From NCBI GenBank assembly GCA_963736315.1, contig CAVTOB010000001.1, forward strand, positions 958,287 through 1,022,286: a DNA stretch of 64,000 nt, in the 5' to 3' direction. The notes under the pieces were generated by a model. That model ran no database searches and was not told the origin of the DNA. It saw only the letters and a program-made list of their open reading frames with translations. Position 1 is the first letter of the stretch; every line of letters starts with the position of its first letter. The translations under genes were made by a program, and so were the position numbers. This DNA comes from an uncultured Gemmatimonadaceae bacterium (lineage in GTDB: Bacteria; Gemmatimonadota; Gemmatimonadetes; Gemmatimonadales; Gemmatimonadaceae). This document shows, piece after piece, positions 22,715 through 29,946 of the stretch.

Positions 22715-23011
22715 CTACAGGCCTCGGATGGACGGATCCCACCCGAACGCCGCGGTCATCAGTCCGGCGTCCAGGCGCAGCGCCGCCAATCGAAGCCGAA
22801 CCTCGCCTTCTCCGAGCTCGGGGCCATATCGTGCCTTGATCCGTGCCGTCGCCAGTTGGTCGAGCGCGCGGTTCAACGCCACCACGCGGGCCAGCTTTTC
22901 AGCCGGCGACATACGACGATAGCCTTCCAACACGAAGCGCTCCATCGCGGGCGACGTATCGTTCGGCGCGTCCATGCACCAAAGGTAAGGCCTCTTTTCG
23001 ATGTCATCCAT
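22715..23011 (-). CDS. Small hypothetical protein, upstream partner of the NTase
   Basis: 98 aa from ATG 23011 (MDDIEKRPY ...), taken from the 3' part of the 22715..23497 ORF. The 5' part of that ORF is antisense to tadA. It is helical and lies 39 nt upstream of the NTase gene. The start is uncertain. Confidence 0.55.
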   Translation of the reverse strand: MDDIEKRPYLWCMDAPNDTSPAMERFVLEGYRRMSPAEKLARVVALNRALDQLATARIKARYGPELGEGEVRLRLAALRLDAGLMTAAFGWDPSIRGL

Positions 23012-23038
23012 GTCCACGTGCACTAGGTTGTCCAATCG

Positions 23039-23527
23039 ATGATTCCCGACGCCGCCGACAACGCATTCATGGACCTCGCGCTCGACCAGGCGCGTCGTGC
23101 CGGCGAGTCGGGCGACGTGCCGGTCGGCGCCGTTCTCGTGCGCGACAACACGGTCGTCGCATCCGCGGGCAACCGCACCGCGCGCGATCGCGACCCGACG
23201 GCGCACGCCGAGCTGCTCGTCATTCGCGACGCGGCCGAGTCGCTCGACGATTGGCGGCTCGGCGGGTGCACGCTGTACGTGACGCTCGAGCCGTGCGCGA
23301 TGTGCGCCGGTGCGATCGTGCTCGCCCGCGTCGACCGCGTGGTGTTCGGGGCGTGGGATCCGAAGGCGGGAATGGCGGGGTCGGTTGGCGACCTGCTGCG
23401 CCATCCGAAGCTCAACCACCGCCCGGAAGTGCTCGCGGGCGTACGCGCGGACGAGTGCGGCACGATCCTCACGGAATTCTTCGAGCAGCGGCGCCAAGTC
23501 GTTGACTCGCCTTCATCTACGACCTAA
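23039..23527 (+). CDS. tadA: tRNA-specific adenosine deaminase TadA
   Basis: Deaminase zinc motifs HAELLVI and LEPCAMCAGAI. FMDLALDQARRAGESGDVPVGAVLV is also present. Confidence 0.93.
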   Translation: MIPDAADNAFMDLALDQARRAGESGDVPVGAVLVRDNTVVASAGNRTARDRDPTAHAELLVIRDAAESLDDWRLGGCTLYVTLEPCAMCAGAIVLARVDRVVFGAWDPKAGMAGSVGDLLRHPKLNHRPEVLAGVRADECGTILTEFFEQRRQVVDSPSSTT

Positions 23528-23543
23528 TTTTCTCGGCTGCTCT

Positions 23544-23633
23544 GGACAGGTGGCCGAGTGGCTGAAGGCACCGGTCTCGAAAACCGGCATACCGGTGAAC
23601 CCGGTATCGAGAGTTCGAATCTCTCCCTGTCCG
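23544..23633 (+). tRNA. tRNA-Ser (anticodon CGA)
   Basis: Acceptor ggacagg/cctgtcc, D-arm gccgagtggctgaaggc, anticodon loop cuCGAaa, a long variable arm and T-arm gagttcgaatctc. Length is 90 nt. Confidence 0.93.
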
Positions 23634-23657
23634 TTCCTCTCCCCCGGCGCGCCCCGA

Positions 23658-24140
23658 TCAAGAACGACGGCGAGGCCGCTGCTTCGCCGACACCGACCGG
23701 ATGATGAGCTGGTGCCGCCCGGTCGCCGAGAACGGCGTCTTGGCGCGTTCTTCGGCTGTGGCGAGAAGCGTTCGAATTTCGGGACGCTCGAGAACGCCGG
23801 GCGATTCCAGGCGCACGAAGCGCGTTTGTTTCCCGGAGCCGAGGAGCACGCGGGTCGGATCGGGCAGGCGGGCGCCGTGGATGAAGCACAGGCCGACGCC
23901 GTTCGCCCCGGCGGCGATCGAGATGATCGAATCAGACGGACGCTCGGTGGGTGAGTATCCGATCACGAAGAAATTGTAGTTGTCGTATACGATCTCCGTC
24001 GCCGTCGGAAAGCGCTTGCGCAGAGCGCGCCGCACGGCGCGGATGGTCGCCGCGTTCTTGGCGTCGAACTTTGCGATGAATTCCTTGAGGCGCGCTTCCG
24101 CGTCGGTGCGAGGCTTGGCTGTTCGGGCGGTCGCTGGCAT
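23658..24140 (-). CDS. DUF1801 (YdhG-like) domain protein
   Basis: LKEFIAKFDAKNAATIRAVRRALRKRFPTATEIVYDNYNFFVIGY is the pattern typical of DUF1801 proteins. Confidence 0.75.
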   Translation of the reverse strand: MPATARTAKPRTDAEARLKEFIAKFDAKNAATIRAVRRALRKRFPTATEIVYDNYNFFVIGYSPTERPSDSIISIAAGANGVGLCFIHGARLPDPTRVLLGSGKQTRFVRLESPGVLERPEIRTLLATAEERAKTPFSATGRHQLIIRSVSAKQRPRRRS

Positions 24141-24285
24141 GTGGTGGCTCCGGCAAGGCGTTCTTCCACTAGGAACGCGAGTGGGGAGTCAGGGCGCAAG
24201 AGGTCCGCGCGGGGCGTGGCGGGAAACCGCCCTGGCCGGGCGAACTTTTCCGACTCGTCGGCGTGCGCTAGCTTGCGTCGTTCTT

Positions 24286-24373
24286 GGATGGGTGGCCGAG
24301 TGGTTTAAGGCGCACGCCTGGAAAGTGTGTGTACGGCAAAACCGTACCGTGGGTTCGAATCCCACCCCATCCG
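24286..24373 (+). tRNA. tRNA-Ser (anticodon GGA), integration target (attL side)
   Basis: Acceptor ggatggg/cccatcc, D-arm gccgagtggtttaaggc, anticodon loop cuGGAaa, long variable arm gtgtacggcaaaaccgtaccg and T-arm gggttcgaatccc. Confidence 0.93.
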
Positions 24374-24374
24374 T
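24316..24374 (+). repeat. attL core (3' part of the intact tRNA-Ser)
   Basis: 59/59 identity to 30316-30374. Confidence 0.9.
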
Positions 24375-24423
24375 TGCCGCGCTTGCACTTACATCGCTTG
24401 GGCGGCGTGGTTTTCCGGACGAC

Positions 24424-24446
24424 TGTTTCCGTTCGGTGTTTCCGTT
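24424..24446 (+). repeat. Two direct copies of TGTTTCCGTT (candidate integrase arm-type sites, attL arm)
   Basis: The decamer occurs at 24424-24433 and 24437-24446. The same decamer pair occurs at 30156-30177. Confidence 0.5.
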
Positions 24447-24456
24447 CATCCCGTCG

Positions 24457-25659
24457 TCAGCCCGTTGAATTGCCGAGTCGCTCGAGCGCAGCTCGTTGTG
24501 CGTCTTCATCCGGCTGCAGGTACGTCCCGATCACGGTCTTCTCGGTTTTCCAGCCACCGAGATCCTTCAGCTCTCTGAGCGGCACGTCTCGGAGTCGAGA
24601 CGCGAACGCCCGTCGAAAGCTGTGCGTGCCGATCCGACTGCCGGCCTTGATGCCGGCCGCGTCGGCGATGATTCGCCACAACTTGCACACGTACGCTCGG
24701 CTCACCGGTTTGGAAGGTGAATCCGCTCGAGAGGACTCGACCGGCGACGGGAACAACCAGACATCGCCCGTCAGCTCGGCGACCGCCCGAGCTCGAGACA
24801 GCGCCGGCACGAGCTCCGAGTGCAACGGGTTGGAATGCCCGTACGCGATCTTGTCGACTTCGGCGCGCCAGCGAACGATGCGCTTCTCGAGGTCGATGTC
24901 ATCCCAGCGCAGCTGACGCACAGACGCCGCGCGGTGCCCCGTAAACCAGAGCAACAGCACCAGCAGCTCGGCCTGCATCGAGAGATCGGCCGCCTTGGCA
25001 CGGACCGTCGCGAACTGCTCGGCCGACAGCACCGGCCGTTGCGGCGACTCCTCGATCGGCATGGCGAGACCGCGGAGCGGATTCTTGTCCAGCAGATACC
25101 CGCCACGGTCGTCCCGCGCTCGCTCGGCCCAGTTCAGCACGGCGAGCAACAACTTGCAATCCTGGCGGATGATCTCCGCCCGAACGACTCGGCCTTCTCG
25201 TCCGTCGTGCGAGAGCTCACCGGATCGGCGGCGCTCGATAAAACTGGTCCAATCTCGAACGTTGAGCGTTTCGGGGCGCCGCTGGCTACCAAAGGCACGA
25301 AGTAGCAGCGGGAACGTCCGTCGATCGTGCGCCTGGGTGCTGCCTGCCTTTCCAGGGGTTTTCTCGCGTTCGTAGATGTCAAACAGCGACTTCAGCGTGG
25401 TGACGCCCGTTGGGCGAGACGCCTCGCGTGCGAACTTCGCAGCCAGGGTATCAGCTGCCTCCTTCGCGCGCTGCCGATCGCAATGCTCCAACGACTGCAT
25501 CGAGCGCCGGCCGTCCTCGAGCCGGTAGTCGACCCATAGCACCGAGCCGCGCTGAAACACACGCACGCGGTTTCGGCCCTTCTCCCCAGCGATGTAGCTC
25601 CAACAGGTGCCGCCCTTCGGCGCGTCCCGTTTCGTCGTCGCGTTCCTCTGTCGGGTCAC
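24457..25659 (-). CDS. int: Tyrosine-type site-specific integrase
   Basis: The C-terminal catalytic region shows LLWFTGHRAASVRQLRWDDIDL (Arg), GTHSFRRAFASRL (H-x-x-R) and LGGWKTEKTVIGTYLQ (catalytic Tyr). The proposed GTG start at 25659 overlaps the xis-like stop. The upstream 140 codons of the 540-aa ORF are Arg-rich and overlap other genes. Confidence 0.9.
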   Translation of the reverse strand: MTRQRNATTKRDAPKGGTCWSYIAGEKGRNRVRVFQRGSVLWVDYRLEDGRRSMQSLEHCDRQRAKEAADTLAAKFAREASRPTGVTTLKSLFDIYEREKTPGKAGSTQAHDRRTFPLLLRAFGSQRRPETLNVRDWTSFIERRRSGELSHDGREGRVVRAEIIRQDCKLLLAVLNWAERARDDRGGYLLDKNPLRGLAMPIEESPQRPVLSAEQFATVRAKAADLSMQAELLVLLLWFTGHRAASVRQLRWDDIDLEKRIVRWRAEVDKIAYGHSNPLHSELVPALSRARAVAELTGDVWLFPSPVESSRADSPSKPVSRAYVCKLWRIIADAAGIKAGSRIGTHSFRRAFASRLRDVPLRELKDLGGWKTEKTVIGTYLQPDEDAQRAALERLGNSTG

Positions 25660-26027
25660 GTGGTTTCTCCCGTGACGACTGAGGCTGCGATCCGCCGACG
25701 TGAAGACAATTGAGTCGGCTCGGGTTGTTCTGGCAATCGACGACCAGGCTTCGTCGGTACATCGGCGCGTCGGATCCGCGGCCGTCCTTTCTGGCCGGCG
25801 TTCTTGAGCTGCCCGTTCGCGACCAGATGCTGAAGTCGATCGACGCTGTATCCGCCGATCCGACTCGCCTCGCGAAGGGTGACGACGTCCACACTCTCCA
25901 CTCGATCGAGCGCGGTCAGGTCCGCGACGAATTCCGCGACGATCGTCTCTGCGTCGACGCTGGCGCGGAGGCGAGCCAAGTCGGCCCCACGAGACTCCCA
26001 TCGAGCGATGAGATCCGCGAGCGTCAC
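25656..26027 (-). CDS. xis: Excisionase/MerR-superfamily-like helix-turn-helix protein
   Basis: VVTLREASRIGGYSVDRLQHLVANGQLKNAGQKGRPRIRRADV resembles the excisionase-family HTH. It sits immediately upstream of int and is translationally coupled to it. Confidence 0.65.
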   Translation of the reverse strand: MTLADLIARWESRGADLARLRASVDAETIVAEFVADLTALDRVESVDVVTLREASRIGGYSVDRLQHLVANGQLKNAGQKGRPRIRRADVPTKPGRRLPEQPEPTQLSSRRRIAASVVTGETT

Positions 26028-26230
26028 GCGACCTGGCCTCCCGCGGCAGCGTCGGCCTCGGATGACCAGCGCCGGTCATCCAGGATCTGGCTCGCGCGCT
26101 CGACGAACTCGGCCTGCTTCCCGTTCCGCATCGCCCATTGGAGCAGCTTCTCGAGGTCCGACGTTGGGACGTCGCCGATCGGCTTCCCGACGTACCCGCC
26201 GCCGAACGGCATCGGCCAGAGCTCGTGCAC
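26024..26230 (-). CDS. Small hypothetical protein, DUF3820-like motif
   Basis: 68 aa. MPFGGGYVGKPIGDVPTSDLEKLLQWA resembles the PFGKYKG ... P..YL.W pattern of DUF3820. The stop overlaps the xis-like start. Confidence 0.45.
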   Translation of the reverse strand: MHELWPMPFGGGYVGKPIGDVPTSDLEKLLQWAMRNGKQAEFVERASQILDDRRWSSEADAAAGGQVA

Positions 26231-26420
26231 CGGCCGCGCCCGCTCCGTCTAGAACGGCTTACTTGTCTGTAAACTGACGCAGGCGTGCCCGACCTGTGGC
26301 GCCCCGTCGGCCAAGGCGGCGTCGGATCAGAGAATGACGCGCATCGCGTGGGGCGTCACACTCGGCCTTTTAGGCGCGCTGGTTCTCGTCCTTTCGATGC
26401 TGAACAGGTAGTCGCTGCGT

Positions 26421-26672
26421 TTACGGGCGACGCCCTAGTCGAGAGCACGCTCCGGATTCGGAAAGCGGGGCGACCATCGCGAGGACGCGGACGCACCCAT
26501 CCTCGCTCTCCTTCGCCACTGCCAGCGGGGTTCGCCCGTCGCGCGCATCGTTCGGCGAGACGACCCAGTCAGCCGCCCGTACGCCGTCGAGACAGGCGCG
26601 AATCGCAGCGCGGACGACGCGGGACGCGCGCTCATCGGAGATGGGGTTCGGAGGCTGCGCTGCCCTGACCAT
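26421..26672 (-). CDS. DUF2384-like (Xre-antitoxin C-terminal toxin-binding-domain-like) small protein
   Basis: 83 aa. AADWVVSPNDARDGRTPLAVAKESEDGCVRVL resembles the W..xPN.aLgGr.Pl ... G...V pattern. It is a paralogue of 48697..48930. Confidence 0.5.
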   Translation of the reverse strand: MVRAAQPPNPISDERASRVVRAAIRACLDGVRAADWVVSPNDARDGRTPLAVAKESEDGCVRVLAMVAPLSESGACSRLGRRP

Positions 26673-27121
26673 TCCCCCCGATATCGGACGACGCGCTTCT
26701 TAGAACGTTCCCGCCGCCGGTCGAATTATGAGAGCGCTCTAATCTTTGCCCTGCAGGTTGGCGCCAAAGGGAAAATATTAAAGCATTTTAATTCCTATTG
26801 TGCCCATACTTGTAACTATTGACAAATTTGTTAAGGCGAGATACGGTCCACGCGGCTCACAGAGACGTGGCGCGCTTGCTTCTCCTGAAATCCGGAGTGC
26901 GCTGCGGTCGTGGGTATGTGGGCGCGAGGCCGCGCCCCGCCACAACGCCACCGAGCGAGTGACGGTCTCCGATGAGGATCTTCCGTCCCCCGGTGACGAC
27001 GACTTCGCCGCCTCGGCGTCGCTGAGATGCTGTCCCCCCCGACAAGTGCCCAGTCGGCCGTGAGTGATCTGGCTCCAGGCCATTCGACTCACGGCGTCAC
27101 TACTCTCACGAGGAGGTCCCA

Positions 27122-28192
27122 ATGTTGCGTGGTCTGACGTTCCGTCGGAGTGCCGCGAGTATCGTGGGGAGCGCCATGCTGTGCTCGACACTAAGCCCTG
27201 TTGCATACGGCCTTGGCGTTCGCCGCCAACGCACACAGATCGGGGCGGTCGTGGAGTTGTATTCGAACAAGGGCGTGCTAAAGAAAAGAATCGAAGGGCC
27301 GCCGCGGGCGTTACAGGATTCGAACAGCCCCGTTGTGCCCAGTTCGGGTCTGACTCCTGAGCAAATTGCTAGACTCCGATCTGAGCTTGAGCAGTATGCA
27401 GCTCGCACGCATGGGAAGCGCAGCATGAGCCTCGCGCTTCAAGTCCTCGATGCCTTCGCCGCGCCTAGCGATCGGGAGAGGCACCGTCTCATTGGACTGC
27501 TCCCAGTTACGCACGATGCCCAGGTCTACGACGACGGTGCGGGCCACCGGGGGACCATCGTAACGTTCTACCTCAACGGCATCGTGAAGTCGCGTGTCAT
27601 CGAGGTGGCACCAACGGGTTCCGACCAGGGCGCCTCCGAGCCTCTCGGCGGAGGCCCCTACGTGTCAGATGAGATTTCGCCATCCAACACGTCGGGGAAG
27701 CAGCTTGCCGTCACGGGGGGGTACTGCCCGGACAATCCCGATGACTGTGCCACCCAGGAGGATCGCGACGACTATTGGGCGTCGTATGTTGCCTTGGACT
27801 CCGACGTGGAGAGCATGCAAGCAGACGAGCAGGATAACAACGACGCCTGTGTCGCCGCGAATCAGTGCTACGTCGAAAGCGATTCTCCAGCAGAGCGACT
27901 CGTCGAGTCCGCGGGCGTGGTCGACGAAACTCGCCAAGCGCTTGAGGCGTCGCCAATCCCGGCTATCGGGCAGTTCGGCCCGAACGTGCCGGGATGCTAT
28001 TGGGAATACGCGGACGCTGCGGGCGCATACCTCGCCTATGCGGCAGTAGGTGCGGCGCTCGCCATCGCTATCTTCAGCCCTGACCCAGTCTCGAAGTTTG
28101 CGCTCGCAGGGCTTTGGGCCGGTGTCTTAGGTGGATCGGAAGTCGCCGCCCACACCACGGCGACGGCGATGGCGTGTTATGCCAAAACTTGA
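27122..28192 (+). CDS. Hypothetical exported Cys-containing protein with a C-terminal small-residue-rich hydrophobic hairpin (island cargo)
   Basis: GGAGG lies 6 nt upstream of the ATG. There is an N-terminal signal-like segment and an acidic middle with paired Cys. The C-terminus is AAGAYLAYAAVGAALAIAIF-SPDPVSK-FALAGLWAGVLGG. GC is lower than the surroundings. Confidence 0.65.
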   Translation: MLRGLTFRRSAASIVGSAMLCSTLSPVAYGLGVRRQRTQIGAVVELYSNKGVLKKRIEGPPRALQDSNSPVVPSSGLTPEQIARLRSELEQYAARTHGKRSMSLALQVLDAFAAPSDRERHRLIGLLPVTHDAQVYDDGAGHRGTIVTFYLNGIVKSRVIEVAPTGSDQGASEPLGGGPYVSDEISPSNTSGKQLAVTGGYCPDNPDDCATQEDRDDYWASYVALDSDVESMQADEQDNNDACVAANQCYVESDSPAERLVESAGVVDETRQALEASPIPAIGQFGPNVPGCYWEYADAAGAYLAYAAVGAALAIAIFSPDPVSKFALAGLWAGVLGGSEVAAHTTATAMACYAKT

Positions 28193-28254
28193 TTGTGCAG
28201 CTAGGTTAGACGCGTACTCCGTTGCTTCAAACTGGGCGATTTCTGGAGGTCAGA

Positions 28255-28518
28255 ATGCATGATGCCCTTTTTCCGCCGCTCGTCATCGCGTGTGGGGCCG
28301 TCGTGAGCGCGATTGCGTTCAGGTACCACGACGAGGCGAGGCCGTTGGCCGGGTTCGGAGCAGGTCTGATTATCTGGGGTCTTGTATCGCTTTATGGTCT
28401 CGAAGGCACCTGGCAGGGTGCCCTGATACTTGCCCCGGCCGTCATCCTGATGCTGGTATCTGTCTACGCCATGGATCGACAGCGGCGGCGCTCGGCCGCG
28501 CGAAGACGGGAGAACTAG
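28255..28518 (+). CDS. Small 3-TM membrane protein (island cargo)
   Basis: GGAGG at 28245-28249 lies 5 nt before ATG 28255. There are three hydrophobic segments and a basic tail, DRQRRRSAARRREN. Confidence 0.6.
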   Translation: MHDALFPPLVIACGAVVSAIAFRYHDEARPLAGFGAGLIIWGLVSLYGLEGTWQGALILAPAVILMLVSVYAMDRQRRRSAARRREN

Positions 28519-28566
28519 GCTCGAGAAGCTGCGGTCGACCGACAACTGCTTGGACAAGTAGGAAAC

Positions 28567-28610
28567 GAACGGCCACAAATCCACTACTTTTGGTGGGCGT
28601 GTGGCCGTTC
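28567..28610 (+). terminator. Stem-loop downstream of the cargo pair (possible terminator)
   Basis: A perfect 11-bp stem, gaacggccaca (28567-28577) and tgtggccgttc (28600-28610). There is no clear U-tract after it. Confidence 0.4.
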
Positions 28611-28783
28611 TGACTCCAATCCTGTGGAGCTGCGCCGGAGGCTAGGTGTCGAGCGTCCAGTCGATTGTAGGCGGGACGATGCGCCGGTACGCGTCCCTCA
28701 ATAGCGGCCCCGGCACTTGGACTTCCCCCGGTTGAGTAGACACCTCCAGCGCCTCGATCGAGATTCGAGGCAGGAGGTGGGAG

Positions 28784-29077
28784 ATGAAGCGACGAGGACG
28801 ACAGGCGTTTGATGAGCAGTTCCGGCGTGAGGCGGTGCGACTCGCCGAGTCCGGGACGATGCCGATCGCCGAAGTGGCACGCCAGCTGGGCGTGCATTTG
28901 GAGACGCTCCGCAACTGGCGGCGCAAGGCACGCGCAGCGGGCGACGGCGAGGCCGCGACCACGGTGCCATCGCTCGAGGAGGAGAATCGGCGGCTGCGTC
29001 GCGAGAACGCGCGGCTGCTCGAGGAGCGAGAGATCTTAAAAAAAGCGACGGCCTTCTTCGCCAAGGATGCACAATGA
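28784..29077 (+). CDS. IS3-family transposase OrfA (HTH plus leucine zipper)
   Basis: FRREAVRLAESGTMPIAEVARQLGVHLETLRNWRRKA ... ENRRLRRENARLLEEREILKKATAFFA is the classic IS3 OrfA pattern. Confidence 0.9.
   Translation: MKRRGRQAFDEQFRREAVRLAESGTMPIAEVARQLGVHLETLRNWRRKARAAGDGEAATTVPSLEEENRRLRRENARLLEEREILKKATAFFAKDAQ
29038..29045 (+). promoter_or_regulatory. Programmed -1 ribosomal frameshift slippery site (A7G)
   Basis: AAAAAAAG lies near the end of orfA. orfB is in the -1 frame relative to orfA. Confidence 0.6.
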
Positions 29078-29946
29078 GGTTTCTGTTCATCCGCGCGCAC
29101 GAAGGGATCTTTCACGTCACGACGATGTGTCGGGTCCTTCAGGTGTCGAAGGCCGGGTTCTACAAGTGGCGTGCGCAGCCGCTCAGTGAGCGGGTGAAGG
29201 CCGATGCCGTCCTCGCGGCGCGGATTCGCGCGATCCATACGGGGCGGCGCCGGTCGTACGGAAGCCCGCGCGTCCATCGCGACCTGCGTGCGGCGGGCGT
29301 GCGCTGCGGCGAGAAGCGTGTCGCACGCGTCATGCGCCAGGCCGGCATCCGGGCGATGGCACCGAAGCGCTTTCGGGTGACGACGCAATCGGGCCATCGT
29401 GCAGCGGTCGCCCCGAATCATCTGGCGCGTCGATTCGGCGTGAGTGCGCAGTCCGGCCCCAACCGCGTGTGGGCGGCCGACATCACGTACATCCCGACTC
29501 GTGAAGGCTGGCTGTACCTCGCGGTCATTCTCGATCTCGCATCGCGCCGGGTCGTGGGCTGGGCTGTGCGGACGCGCCTCGATCAGGAGCTCGCTCTCGG
29601 TGCATTGCGCATGGCGCTGCGGCACCGCGGGGCTCGCGGCGGGCTCCATCACTCGGACCGTGGCGTGCAATACGCCAGCGCGGCGTACCAGGCGCTGCTC
29701 GCGGGAGCAGGGTTTACACCGAGCATGAGTGGCGTCGGGGATTGCTGGGACAATGCCGTCGTGGAAAGCTTCTTCGCAACGCTCACGAAGGAGTTGCTGG
29801 CGGAGGGGCTGTTCGAGTCGCGGGCGATTGCGAATCGCGAGCTCTTTGCGTTTATCGAGATCTGGTACAATCGACAGCGGCGGCACTCATCGCTCGGCTA
29901 TCGGTCGCCGGTCCAGTTCGAAGCAGAAATGAGCAAAGTCAGCTAA
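29074..29946 (+). CDS. IS3-family transposase OrfB (DDE/rve integrase core)
   Basis: WAADITYIPTREGWLYLAVILDLASRRVVGW ... HSDRGVQYAS ... DNAVVESFFATLTKE ... YNRQRRHSSLGYRSP is the DDE pattern. Confidence 0.92.
   Translation: MRFLFIRAHEGIFHVTTMCRVLQVSKAGFYKWRAQPLSERVKADAVLAARIRAIHTGRRRSYGSPRVHRDLRAAGVRCGEKRVARVMRQAGIRAMAPKRFRVTTQSGHRAAVAPNHLARRFGVSAQSGPNRVWAADITYIPTREGWLYLAVILDLASRRVVGWAVRTRLDQELALGALRMALRHRGARGGLHHSDRGVQYASAAYQALLAGAGFTPSMSGVGDCWDNAVVESFFATLTKELLAEGLFESRAIANRELFAFIEIWYNRQRRHSSLGYRSPVQFEAEMSKVS

Noticed and set aside
26285-26668. 127-aa plus-strand ORF in the island
   Set aside because: It is antisense to the DUF2384-like gene, whose reality is supported by a conserved paralogue. 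The plus-strand product is Arg-rich.
28642-29886. 414-aa minus-strand ORF spanning the IS3 element
   Set aside because: It is antisense to the clearly recognisable IS3 orfA/orfB and crosses the left IS boundary. That would not be expected for a real host gene.
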